The position numbers and the translations under genes are program-made. Below, in pieces: positions 19,656 to 29,821 of a stretch of DNA of 64,000 nt. The notes beneath the pieces are model-generated. The model made no database searches. It was not told where the DNA came from and saw only the letters and a list, made by a program, of their open reading frames with translations. The stretch is from contig CP070695.1 in assembly GCA_020353515.1 (NCBI GenBank), positions 4,228,931 through 4,292,930 of the forward strand, in the 5' to 3' direction. Origin of the DNA: Candidatus Heimdallarchaeota archaeon. Its GTDB lineage: Archaea > Asgardarchaeota > Heimdallarchaeia > Hodarchaeales > Hodarchaeaceae. The first letter of the stretch is position 1. Each line of letters opens with the position of its first letter.

Positions 19656-19803
19656 ACGTCTTTTGGTTTAGGAATCGCTTGGATTTTATATACGTTCTTG
19701 ATAGTCTTCTAATACCTATCCATTTTGCTAATCGTAATTTTAGAATGAAAGTTAATGATGTCTACATTCTTCTTGTAAGAAGTGTAGCTGATTACAAAAA
19801 ACT

Positions 19804-19843
19804 GAAAAAAAGAAAAAACAAAAAGAAAGAAGAAAAGGGGGAG
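19804..19843 (-). terminator. Pyrimidine tract/U-run terminator
   Basis: Minus strand TCTCCCCCTTTTCTTCTTTCTTTTTG... just after the acyl-CoA dehydrogenase stop. Confidence 0.5.
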
Positions 19844-19853
19844 ATTTAACGCT

Positions 19854-21140
19854 TTAAAGCATTTTAACCATAGTATTGATAGTTCGGCTGCCGATAAGAA
19901 GTTGAACGTTGCGAGTTCCGCCAACCGCTTCTGCGATCTCAGAGACTCCCTGGATAATTGGCATCTTAGTTTGGTCTGTAACACCTGTACCACCCATTGC
20001 ATGCATACATTCATATGTTAATTCATGGACAAGGTAGGCTGCATATTCTTTCATTTGAGATGCCATTGCAACAAAGGGATTCATAAACGGACTGATACCG
20101 ACGAGATCATCTCGTTTAGCATCATAAGCTTCCGCTAATTTCAACAACGCCATTGTAATTGATATAAGTCGGGAATGATATTTCGAGAGAACAGACATAC
20201 CAACCGCTTGGTGGAGTAGAATCTTTGTAGTTCCAGGTGGAGTACCAAATTGCTTCCTCACAGTTGAATAGAGCGATGCTAAAGCAAAAGCACCCCACAT
20301 TTGGCCCACATTTGTGGCAGCAATACCAATTCTTTCAGGTACAAGTCCCTCGAATAGAATATGATATCCTTCACCAGGTCCACCAGTCATATAATCATCA
20401 GGGATGAAGGCGTCTTCAAAGATTGTCTTCCCAATATGAACCTTGCTTACAGATGGAATCCTTATTCTTTCTGCTTTAAATCCTCGATCCCATTCCTTAT
20501 GAGAAACACCTTGAACCATTGTACCGCGTGGATCTTCTTCGTTAAGGACACCATAGACGGCGCACATATCCGCCTTTGGTGAATTTGTTGTGTAACATTT
20601 GATTCCATCGATAGTGTATCCACCATCAACTTTTTCTGCTTTAACAGTCATATTGACAGCATCAGAACCACGTTTGGGCTCTGTAATTCCAATACAGCCG
20701 ATTTTATTACCATCAAGTAAATCTTGAAGGTCTTTTACGAGAGTTTCTCGGTCATTGTGATGATGTGAAATAGGATTAATACAAAGAGTAGAGGCACCCA
20801 TTGCCATGTTAAATTGAGGATTAAAGATATCCATTGTCCAACAGCGGAGGAGTTCAGCTTTCATGCCTGTTTGGATATCAGAACGATGGGGGTATTCGTT
20901 ACTACGGTTAATTAGACCATGTTTACCTGCCCAGGGAAACCAATCGTAATAATCATCGTTATTATGCCCGTTGATTCTTCCAATTTTCTCTTCTTGCTCA
21001 ATACACAGGCTTTGAATTTCTTCAACATAAGCCTTATCTTCATCAGAGAGCAGCATCATCATATTGTTGTTAAATACTCCAAATTGATTTTCTAACTTCA
21101 TTATATCTAGGATTTCGTCTTCCAGAAGTTGAGTTTTCAT
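19854..21140 (-). CDS. Acyl-CoA dehydrogenase family protein
   Basis: GITEPKRGSDA, GIKCYTTN, PERIGIAA, RKQFG, HAMGGTG, GGTRNVQ. Confidence 0.88.
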   Translation of the reverse strand: MKTQLLEDEILDIMKLENQFGVFNNNMMMLLSDEDKAYVEEIQSLCIEQEEKIGRINGHNNDDYYDWFPWAGKHGLINRSNEYPHRSDIQTGMKAELLRCWTMDIFNPQFNMAMGASTLCINPISHHHNDRETLVKDLQDLLDGNKIGCIGITEPKRGSDAVNMTVKAEKVDGGYTIDGIKCYTTNSPKADMCAVYGVLNEEDPRGTMVQGVSHKEWDRGFKAERIRIPSVSKVHIGKTIFEDAFIPDDYMTGGPGEGYHILFEGLVPERIGIAATNVGQMWGAFALASLYSTVRKQFGTPPGTTKILLHQAVGMSVLSKYHSRLISITMALLKLAEAYDAKRDDLVGISPFMNPFVAMASQMKEYAAYLVHELTYECMHAMGGTGVTDQTKMPIIQGVSEIAEAVGGTRNVQLLIGSRTINTMVKML

Positions 21141-21456
21141 GATTCTTACCCTACTTGTTGTTTTTATTCTACTTGAATAGTCTTGTTCATTCTGAGCTCT
21201 TTTTCCTTTATAAGACTTAAGTCTGACATTTTAAGTACAACTCACACACAGGACACTCACACTACAATCCCGTTATCCGTTTCGGATGTTATAGTCATCA
21301 CTCTTTACAAGATATATTATTCGCGATTGCAAAAGGAGGAAATAGAGGAAGGACTAGAAGTATATCGAGTAAGATGACCATACAGCTTTAAGTAAGGAAT
21401 GAATTGCGATAATATCATATTTCTTGGGAAGTCTATCATCCTTTTATAGGTGAAAT

Positions 21457-21918
21457 GTGATTTTAACTATGAAATTGAAAAAAATGAAAGCAGACAAACA
21501 AACAGAAGCAGAAATAAAAGAAGTATTGGATAAAATGTCCGAAGATTATAAAAAGGGCAATATAGACGAAGTACTAACGTTGTTTGCCCCTGATCCCGAT
21601 GTAGTCTTAATTGGATCGGGTACTGACGAAAAGCGTATTGGGTTGGATGAAATTCGGACTCAAGTTGAACGTGATATAGCACAAACCGAGTCTCGGTCTA
21701 TGGAGCATAGAATTATATCTATTTCATCAGCGGGGTCAATATCTTGGTGTGCAACTGAATCAATCGTTCATGCTACCGTTAGTGGCCAAGAAATAACCTT
21801 TGATGGACGATCGACTGTGGTGCTAGAGAAACGTGGAGACAAATGGCTTATTGTTCAAATGCACTTCTCTACTCCACTTAGTGGTCAAGCTGAAGGCGAA
21901 TCATGGCCGACAAACTAA
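21457..21918 (+). CDS. NTF2/SnoaL-like domain protein
   Basis: FAPDPDVVLIGSG, RSTVVLEKRGDKWLIVQMHFS; true start probably ATG 21469 or 21484. Confidence 0.85.
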   Translation: MILTMKLKKMKADKQTEAEIKEVLDKMSEDYKKGNIDEVLTLFAPDPDVVLIGSGTDEKRIGLDEIRTQVERDIAQTESRSMEHRIISISSAGSISWCATESIVHATVSGQEITFDGRSTVVLEKRGDKWLIVQMHFSTPLSGQAEGESWPTN

Positions 21919-22086
21919 CTCCTTTCTTCTATCTAAGCTGGGTTTTATTACCACCTAAGAAAGATGAGAATGAAAAAGTAGAAATAACATAAAAAGAGAT
22001 AAACTCAAATAAGAGGCCGAGTGAGGAGGATGAACGAAGTCAATGCTTCAGTAGTCCCCAGATAGTGACCTGTCTGAAGGAAACGT

Positions 22087-22251
22087 ATGTCTAAAGAGAG
22101 GAGAAAACAAGTAGAGATTGGTAAGGACATGATTATGTAATTTAACCAACAATAAGACATGTTTTTACTGGGGGAGTTCATTCAAGCCTTGAAGATAAAT
22201 CGAAAGACAGTGATAGATTGGTTAAAGCTATATCCTCCTCCTGTGGAATAA
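22087..22251 (+). pseudogene. Possible decayed small HTH gene
   Basis: One frame reads MSKERRKQVEIGKDMIM*FNQQ*DMFLLGEFIQALKINRKTVIDWLKLY with two in-frame TAA. Confidence 0.3.
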
Positions 22252-22529
22252 AATCCGACTAGGATGAGGATAGGCGTCTGAATCAGAAACCATCCTCAAT
22301 TATGACGAAAATAGTAGTAGTATTAATTTTCAAGAAATGTATTAGGAAAACATGGCAGATTAATTATTGATGAATATATGAACACTTTTTCAGTGATTTC
22401 CTAAAAAATATATTTCCATTTAGACTAGAGTTACCAGTGTCAGAATAATAAATCTTAGATAACTCAAGAAAATGACCCTCTTTTACAAGTAAAAAGAACA
22501 TATACCTTGGAAAAAGGAGTTTGTAATCA

Positions 22530-24311
22530 TTGACCAGCAATTGGGATTTATCATTTTTATACAAAGGATTTGATGATCCAAAGATTGATGAAGACTTGGA
22601 TCAGGCTATTAAGATAGCTGACGAATTGGAAAAATATCACGGAAAATTAAAAGAGGGTAATCTTTCTGCAAAGGAGCTACTTAATCTTTTAGAACAAGTC
22701 GAAAAGGTTGAAACATTAGGTTCAAAGGCAGTTGCATATGGTGCCCTACTTTTTTACCAAGAAACTACTAATGAAGATCATAAGGCCCTTTATGCTAGAA
22801 TGCAACAGCGAGCGGTTGAAATTGATAACAAATTGATATGGATCACATTAGAGTTAAATGACCTTAGAAAAGAGAAGATAGAAGAATATCTCCAAGATCC
22901 GCTATTAGCAAATTATCATCACTATATCACAGTTAAGAGGCTGAAACAACCTTATTTACTCTCAGAGAAAGTAGAACAAGTTCTTTTGCAAAAAGCGCTT
23001 GTAGGTAGGGACGCATGGCTAAAATTCTTTCAGGAATTCACTGCAGCATTTGAATTCGAGGTTGAAATTGAAGGTGAAATCAAAAAACTGGCACCAGGGG
23101 AGATTTATCCTTTATTTCGTGACCCAAATCCAGAAACCCGTGAGCAAGTCTTCAAGACATATTATCAGAGGTATGCAAAAGATTCTATTGCAATATCTCA
23201 CTGTTTCAATAATATTTGGAAGAATCATGGTCAGGATGTTGATCTACGTAATTATCCTACAACAATGACTCCTGCTCATATAAGAAATCAAACAGATGAA
23301 AAAATCGTCGAAACTATGATGGAAATCATCAAGAAGAATTATTCTCTCGTACAAGATTATTATAAAGCCAAGGCTAAATTAATGGGTCAAGGAAATAAAC
23401 TTAAAGGCTCAGATCTCTATGCTCCCTTAGGAAAAGCGATCAAATATACTTGGGAGGAAGCTAAGCAAATGGTACTAGATTCTTATAATGAATTTGATTC
23501 TGAAATTGGTGAAATGGCTAGAGGGTTTTTTGATCGCAATTTAATTGATTCAGAAGTTCGAAAAACCAAGAGATTCGGTGCGTTCTGTATGGGAATAGCT
23601 CCTGGGATAGATCCAGTTCTCCATATGTCATTTGATGGAACCCCAGATGGGGTCAGTACGCTAGCACATGAAATGGGCCATGGTCTCCATGATATGTTTA
23701 GTGGACGAAAACAAACCATGTTAAACTATAATCCACCACTGGTAGCAGCAGAAACAGCATCTGTTTTCGGAGAACAGATCCTTATCGATAAAATGTTAAA
23801 AACTATGACCGACGAAGAAGCGAAATTAAGACTCCTTGCAAGTCAGATAGAGGATGCTATTATTACAATATCCCGTCAAACAATGTACGTTTTCTTTGAA
23901 AATGAATGTCATGAAAAGGGGGCAAAAGAGAACTTATCTACTCAAAAGATGTCTGATATCTGGGATAAACATGTCCAGGACGCATATGGAGATGCTGTAG
24001 AATTTTTACCAGAACAGAGCTGGAATTGGGCAACAATTCCACATTTTCTGGATCCTAGAGTTTTTTATTGTTATGCATATTCATTCGGAATGCTCTTTGT
24101 TCTGGGTCTCTATCAAAAGTACCTGGAAGAGGGAGAATCATTTATCCCCAAATATAAACAAATTCTCGAAGCCGGTGGATCACAGTTTCCTGTTGATTTA
24201 GCAAACTCTGTTGGTTTAGACCTCACATCTCCTGAATTTTGGCAGGCAGGTTTCGACTATCTTGGCAAGTTATTAAAAGAGTTTCAAAAAATTGTTGACA
24301 CACGGGTATAG
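22530..24311 (+). CDS. pepF: Oligoendopeptidase F (M3B)
   Basis: WDLSFLY start, GAFC, TLAHEMGH, AETASVF, IPHF, FYCYAY. Confidence 0.92.
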   Translation: MTSNWDLSFLYKGFDDPKIDEDLDQAIKIADELEKYHGKLKEGNLSAKELLNLLEQVEKVETLGSKAVAYGALLFYQETTNEDHKALYARMQQRAVEIDNKLIWITLELNDLRKEKIEEYLQDPLLANYHHYITVKRLKQPYLLSEKVEQVLLQKALVGRDAWLKFFQEFTAAFEFEVEIEGEIKKLAPGEIYPLFRDPNPETREQVFKTYYQRYAKDSIAISHCFNNIWKNHGQDVDLRNYPTTMTPAHIRNQTDEKIVETMMEIIKKNYSLVQDYYKAKAKLMGQGNKLKGSDLYAPLGKAIKYTWEEAKQMVLDSYNEFDSEIGEMARGFFDRNLIDSEVRKTKRFGAFCMGIAPGIDPVLHMSFDGTPDGVSTLAHEMGHGLHDMFSGRKQTMLNYNPPLVAAETASVFGEQILIDKMLKTMTDEEAKLRLLASQIEDAIITISRQTMYVFFENECHEKGAKENLSTQKMSDIWDKHVQDAYGDAVEFLPEQSWNWATIPHFLDPRVFYCYAYSFGMLFVLGLYQKYLEEGESFIPKYKQILEAGGSQFPVDLANSVGLDLTSPEFWQAGFDYLGKLLKEFQKIVDTRV

Positions 24312-24411
24312 TTCCTTGTTGAAAATGCATTAACCAGTTCAAAACCACTCTAAACAAGAATTTGGTTTATAGCGACAATTTCAATGAAGGACACTCCCGA
24401 ACATTAGTTCT

Positions 24412-25623
24412 ATGGAGATTCAATGTATGAGAGCGATTGTTAATGCGAAAATTCTTTGTCCAAATCTAGGATTCATCGAGAATGGAAGTATAATATTTGA
24501 TGAGGAAAAAATCCATGCCGTTGGAACAAATATAACCATTCCTGAAGGTACTGAAATTATCGATGTCGAAAAAAAATTTGTCTTACCAGGTTTTATTGAC
24601 GCACATACCCATCAAGGCCTTTTCGAGGGCGGAATAGGCTGGGCAGGAAGAGATGGTAATGAAATGACTGATCCAATTACTCCTCACTTAAGAGGTCTGG
24701 ACTCCTTTAATCCTGAAGAGAGATCATTAAAAGAAGTGCTAAAAGGCGGAGTCACTTGTATTAACACAGGGCCGGGTTCTGGAAATGTAATTTCTGGTCA
24801 AGCTTTTGTCATCAAACCCTTTGGAGAGAAGATAGTTGATGAGATGGTTTTATTGGCTCCCTCAGGACTTAAAGTGGCATTAGGAGAGAACCCCAAAAGA
24901 GTTCATGGTCAGGAACAGAAAAGAATGCCTCAAACAAGAATGGGGGTGGCTGGACTTTTAAGGAAAACATTCACAGATGCTAAAAATTACATTAATGAAT
25001 GGGAGACTTATGGTAAAAGATTATCCATGTCTGAATCACAAGGAAAAGCACCTCCCATACCACCAAAACACGATTTAGGAATGGAAGCCGTGGTTAAAGT
25101 AATCAAAAAAGAAATTCCCCTCCATGCTCATGCCCACCGAGCTGATGACATCGCTACCATTATCAGGATTTCTGAAGAGTTCGACATTCGACTTGTTCTT
25201 ATTCACTGCACAGAGGGGGAAAAAATCGCCCAATATATTGCCAAAAAGGGAGTACCCGCTGTGATAGGACCAACAATCTTTTGGGTGAGTAAACCAGAGA
25301 CTCGTGAACGATCTTTTAAAACTGTTGTTAGTTTAGTTAAAGCAGGAGTGAAAGTTGCGTTACAAACAGATTCATTGACTCCGATGGACTTTTTCCAGTT
25401 ATTACCAATGTTTGCATTGAAGGAAGGATTAACGCGAGAGGAAGCATTAAACAGTGTAACTAAAAATCCAGCTGAAATTTTGGGAATCTATGACCGTGTT
25501 GGGTCATTAGATGAAGGAAAAGATGCTGATATTGTGATATGGTCAGACCACCCATTCGAGTTTTATAGCAAGGTCGAAAAAGTCTTTATAAATGGAAAAG
25601 AAGTATATTCTGCTATAAATTGA
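24412..25623 (+). CDS. Amidohydrolase family protein
   Basis: PGFIDAHTH, KVALGENPK, HAHRADD, IHCTEG, GKDADIVIW. Confidence 0.9.
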   Translation: MEIQCMRAIVNAKILCPNLGFIENGSIIFDEEKIHAVGTNITIPEGTEIIDVEKKFVLPGFIDAHTHQGLFEGGIGWAGRDGNEMTDPITPHLRGLDSFNPEERSLKEVLKGGVTCINTGPGSGNVISGQAFVIKPFGEKIVDEMVLLAPSGLKVALGENPKRVHGQEQKRMPQTRMGVAGLLRKTFTDAKNYINEWETYGKRLSMSESQGKAPPIPPKHDLGMEAVVKVIKKEIPLHAHAHRADDIATIIRISEEFDIRLVLIHCTEGEKIAQYIAKKGVPAVIGPTIFWVSKPETRERSFKTVVSLVKAGVKVALQTDSLTPMDFFQLLPMFALKEGLTREEALNSVTKNPAEILGIYDRVGSLDEGKDADIVIWSDHPFEFYSKVEKVFINGKEVYSAIN

Positions 25624-25735
25624 TCGAAAAAAGTCGTCCAAGGTTAAAATCTTGCTATAGAACCAATATAAATCCCCTATAGATATCTTTTTGAGAACCA
25701 TTTTCACCTTTTTATTCGGAGGATTAAGAAATTCT

Positions 25736-28700
25736 ATGACTTCTCATGGAAGTTCTGATTTTGATATAAAATTCTCTGGCCATGTACCAATCTTGTGGAA
25801 ACGTAAGGTCAGAAATTTTATCAAAAAAGATCGACAGCAGGCTTTGGAGATTTTCCTTGAAAATTATAAAGAGGAAAAAGATCCTAAACAGATGCAGTAT
25901 GGTCTCGAACAACTACTTCCAGAAAGTCTTGATTCAGTTCTCTCTTCTTTTAAAGAATTAACTAAAGAAGAAACAGTAACCATTTTCAATCTGCTTTCAA
26001 GTCCGGAATTCCTTACTCATATTTCTTCCTTAAACCAAGAAAAACAGGAATTAATCTTAAATCAAATTTATAAAAATTGGATACCTGATCTAAAACAGGA
26101 ATCAATAGAAGAAATTCTTTCCCAAATTAATCCGACCTTGTCAACCATGTTATATAACAAAATATTGGATACTAAATTTTCTCATATAGTGGAAATTTTA
26201 CAACTATGGGGAACAGAAATTCTCCCAATTATATTGGATTCATATCTAGAAACTCCGATTGATCAGATAGAACAATTATTTAAGGATCTCGAACCTGAAA
26301 AACGGGTGGAAGTATTTCAAAGGGCTAAAGGTTTATCAAAAGAGCATCTACAGAACGTTTTCCCCTTGATGTCTCCAACAGAAGAAGAATTGGGCTTTTT
26401 ATTTACATTGAAATATTTAAGTGACAATAAATCGAGAAATCTCATTATTAATTGGCTCACTAAACATAAATTTCCTCTAGAGCTACTTCTACGGGTATAT
26501 AAACAAAATTCAACAGATGAAACTCTTTCATTCATGGTTACATATTTTGTTTCTAGTATTAAACAAAAAGTTCATCCCCCTGATGAGGTACTTTTATCCA
26601 TATTGAGTGTTTATGAGTTTCCTATCGCTCATGAAATTTTAGAATACTTAAATTCGATTAAAGAATATCAACCCCTAGAAATTCTCGTTTCTTGTCTAAG
26701 TAAGCTTCAGGGAGAGGTTTCCCAGTATTTAGAATTTTTTCAGCCTGAATTTGAGACCTACAGTTCTCAGAATATTGAATTAATATTGCAAACTTATCTT
26801 CTCAGTCCTCATAGATCACATCACCAATTATTATTACCATTTCTTCAAGATGTTGCAGCTAAAAATTGGAAAAAGGTACTTAAAGCTACATCTAAGACCG
26901 AGATCCACCTACCAGCAGCTTTGGTTTTTAACATTTTTCAAAACTGTTCTAAAAGGACAAAAAATAGTATTGGTAACTATCTCATTGAAGAATCTTTGGT
27001 AAAGCATTTTTCATTTCTCTTCAGTGATTATGATATCTTCCAATCAGCTCTAGTATATTCTAAGGAATTACCCACCAGCGTTCAAGTTTTATTGGATCCC
27101 TTTCTCAGACAACATGTATCTGAGAGTTTTAAACACATCATTCGATTAGGAAAAAAAATTACTTTTCCTCAACTTGCTTTTTCGCCAATGATGGATGAAA
27201 CTTCCTTAAAGCTTCTTCTATCTACAATAGGGAAAAATGCGGAATTAATCACTTTTTGGGAAGAGACTTTCCTTTTATGTTCAGAACATGCGTTACAAGT
27301 TGTACTGCAAAAGTATATCGCTAAAGAACGAAGGAAAAAAGATTATCTGGTTCCTCTATTGGAAAAATTGATTGATCTAGAGACACTAAAATTCTGGACA
27401 ACTTTAAAAACAATGGATTTACAAGAAATTTCCAGATTAGAACCAATATTAACTCATACATTTGAGAAAAGTATTCCTATAATTGGAGAAGTCTTACCAC
27501 GATTGCCTAAGAATCACTTAACGTTCATTATTAACAACATCCTCCCTCAATTTTCTTCATCAGGGGCTAAAATTTTATACTCTCTCTTCTCAATAAATGA
27601 TATATCAAATATCGAAGAACAAGTAATTCTCACAGTCCTAAAAACTGTTCAGCTTGACCATAAGGACTTGTTGACTATTTCATTGGTTCGATGTTCAAAA
27701 CTGATCACCAATCCAAAATACAATAGTTTATTTCCAGACTTATTAGATAAACTCTTTACACTTTATCCTACTGAATCATTAGCAATTACAGATATACATA
27801 GATTGAGTACGCTAGTACCTCCAGCAAAATCATTGTTATCATCATTATCTAAAAACGACCTTGAAGAAACCTTATCAGCATTAACGAAAACTCTTGCTTC
27901 AAATGTATTGAAAACTGTTATACACGACGGTTTCTTACATCTATCAAGGGAAGGAGAAGATTTATCACTGTTAGAGAAGCTATTATCAAATTATGAAACA
28001 GAAGAATTCTCTATTGAGGGAACAAATGCTCTTCGAGATTACCTATCTGTTATTGTTGGTAAATCAGGAAGTAGGGATTTATTGATTTTTACTACATTTC
28101 GAAATAAACCTCAAGGTCAAGTTCAATTCTTACCAAGCTTTTTTTCTCGTACATCACATAATACTCTTGAAAAAATCCTTATTGATTCACCTGTTGACCC
28201 ATTGGAAGAGAATATGCTCCGATCAATAACGAATTATTTTGAATCCAATCCTCCAGAAAACCCCGAAGAGTATTTCCTCTCACTTTATAAGAGAATGAAA
28301 GAAAAAGAGGACGTTCAACGAGCTATCTTACCGCTTTTAGGAGAATTCTGTTCTTGGCATAATCTCTCAATCCTAATGGAGCTTCAGGAAAGAGAAAAAT
28401 ACCCAAGAGAGTATCAAAAAGCCCTGATAAAATTCTCTTCAAGGTTTGACATTCAATCACCTCAAGCTCTCCAACAAATTTGGATTTCAGGCCTCAAAGA
28501 AGTATATACTCGTTTAAAAAAGCCTGGACCTCACTTCCAAAGCCAGTGTCCTCAATGTGGGAATCCTATACTTGAAAAACAAAAGAATTGTGGATTCTGT
28601 AGCCAACGACTTACTTGTATAATATGCCGAAAATCAGTTGTTCTATTACAATCTGATGAGGAGGTAGTACAATGTCCTCAATGCGCTAATTTTTTTCATC

Positions 28701-28813
28701 GACGTCATTTACAGGAAAGTGTTAAACTTCAAAAGAAATGTCCTGTTTGTAATGTTACATTACGAGAACGAGAAGTATCATCACTTCCAGCATTCACTTT
28801 CTTCTATAAATAG
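25736..28813 (+). CDS. Long alpha-helical (solenoid-like) protein with C-terminal zinc ribbon plus RING finger
   Basis: ~930 aa of Leu-rich amphipathic helices, then CPQC-x10-CGFC-x5-CIIC-x15-CPQC-x4-HRRH-x10-CPVC; ATG 25736 preceded by GGAGG. Confidence 0.75.
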   Translation: MTSHGSSDFDIKFSGHVPILWKRKVRNFIKKDRQQALEIFLENYKEEKDPKQMQYGLEQLLPESLDSVLSSFKELTKEETVTIFNLLSSPEFLTHISSLNQEKQELILNQIYKNWIPDLKQESIEEILSQINPTLSTMLYNKILDTKFSHIVEILQLWGTEILPIILDSYLETPIDQIEQLFKDLEPEKRVEVFQRAKGLSKEHLQNVFPLMSPTEEELGFLFTLKYLSDNKSRNLIINWLTKHKFPLELLLRVYKQNSTDETLSFMVTYFVSSIKQKVHPPDEVLLSILSVYEFPIAHEILEYLNSIKEYQPLEILVSCLSKLQGEVSQYLEFFQPEFETYSSQNIELILQTYLLSPHRSHHQLLLPFLQDVAAKNWKKVLKATSKTEIHLPAALVFNIFQNCSKRTKNSIGNYLIEESLVKHFSFLFSDYDIFQSALVYSKELPTSVQVLLDPFLRQHVSESFKHIIRLGKKITFPQLAFSPMMDETSLKLLLSTIGKNAELITFWEETFLLCSEHALQVVLQKYIAKERRKKDYLVPLLEKLIDLETLKFWTTLKTMDLQEISRLEPILTHTFEKSIPIIGEVLPRLPKNHLTFIINNILPQFSSSGAKILYSLFSINDISNIEEQVILTVLKTVQLDHKDLLTISLVRCSKLITNPKYNSLFPDLLDKLFTLYPTESLAITDIHRLSTLVPPAKSLLSSLSKNDLEETLSALTKTLASNVLKTVIHDGFLHLSREGEDLSLLEKLLSNYETEEFSIEGTNALRDYLSVIVGKSGSRDLLIFTTFRNKPQGQVQFLPSFFSRTSHNTLEKILIDSPVDPLEENMLRSITNYFESNPPENPEEYFLSLYKRMKEKEDVQRAILPLLGEFCSWHNLSILMELQEREKYPREYQKALIKFSSRFDIQSPQALQQIWISGLKEVYTRLKKPGPHFQSQCPQCGNPILEKQKNCGFCSQRLTCIICRKSVVLLQSDEEVVQCPQCANFFHRRHLQESVKLQKKCPVCNVTLREREVSSLPAFTFFYK

Positions 28814-28869
28814 CGATTTGATACTTCCACCATTTAAGAGGGAAATTAACTGGAATAGGAGAGAATTCC

Positions 28870-29670
28870 TCAATCCAAGGGAACATCAGGAAAGGCAACA
28901 ATCCGACACATTGATGATTCCAACTCGATTCCCCGAAGAGGGAAACACCCAATCCATGTCCGTTTATTCTTTAACAGAGGATCATCTGGAATCCATAGAT
29001 TCTCAGCATGGATCACTCCTTTCGGAAATAAATCAATATGCATTATTTGATAAAACTTATCAGGCGGAAACATCTCATCCCAGGATTTCACTTTATATTG
29101 TTCTTTTAATTTCTCCTCTGCCTCAGCAAATAACTTTGGATGCCAATCACGAATGATAGTATTCATTGGATGATCAGCGCTACCACAGTCAACGCCTATC
29201 CATTTGAATTCCATATCAATAGCCCATTGGGGAAAATCTTTGTCTGGTCCTGGATGTTTAACAAAATATCTTACCTCATCACTCTCAGGTTGATCCCAGG
29301 CATATCTTTGATATCCAGTCTTTATTAAGAGAATATCTCCTTTTCTGATATCAGCTTGTTCCATCAACATGTCAGGAGAATACAGATCGTAATCAGTTAG
29401 TAAATCCGAGAGATCTACAACCACTCCAGGTCCGCAAAACTCATCCAACTCCATTTCTCCAATAGTTCTCCCAGCTGCAAAAAAGTGAATTTCTCCATCA
29501 ATGTGGGTTCCCACATGATTGCTGGTGGTCAGTATCTGTCCATTGGCTCCTTGACCCATATGGGCTCCTGCAATTCGTTTGAAATATTGTAACTGTAGAG
29601 GAACATAACTCGGCCAAGGAGGTGTATGTATTGAAAGTCGTTGTGTCATATCTATCATTCTAAAATTCAT
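28870..29670 (-). CDS. Cyclase family protein (kynurenine formamidase-like)
   Basis: HVGTHIDG (HxGTHxD), GDILLIKTG, GVD, HAENL. Confidence 0.85.
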   Translation of the reverse strand: MNFRMIDMTQRLSIHTPPWPSYVPLQLQYFKRIAGAHMGQGANGQILTTSNHVGTHIDGEIHFFAAGRTIGEMELDEFCGPGVVVDLSDLLTDYDLYSPDMLMEQADIRKGDILLIKTGYQRYAWDQPESDEVRYFVKHPGPDKDFPQWAIDMEFKWIGVDCGSADHPMNTIIRDWHPKLFAEAEEKLKEQYKVKSWDEMFPPDKFYQIMHIDLFPKGVIHAENLWIPDDPLLKNKRTWIGCFPLRGIELESSMCRIVAFPDVPLD

Positions 29671-29821
29671 TTACATCACCAAAAGTCTTCTTTTGTAATG
29701 ATCTATTTTGATTTACTGGTAATAATATTTCCAATATGCACTATTTTAGGATATTGTTCATTTGATCGTATGAAATCTAATATATTTTCGTTAGTTCATG
29801 AACTCAAGAAACAGGAAGATT

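Noticed and set aside
21183-21415. 64-aa ORF, palindrome AGACTTAAGTCT and an imperfect inverted repeat in a divergent promoter region
   Set aside because: TTG start with no motif; repeats are short and AT-rich, compatible with chance
22087-22251. Stop-codon recoding (selenocysteine/pyrrolysine)
   Set aside because: Internal stops are TAA, and all other genes use the standard code
24412-25623. Amidohydrolase as NagA for the glycan locus
   Set aside because: Lacks NagA motifs (HLEGP, HLFNAM); it is the ALGENPK type and lies outside the locus
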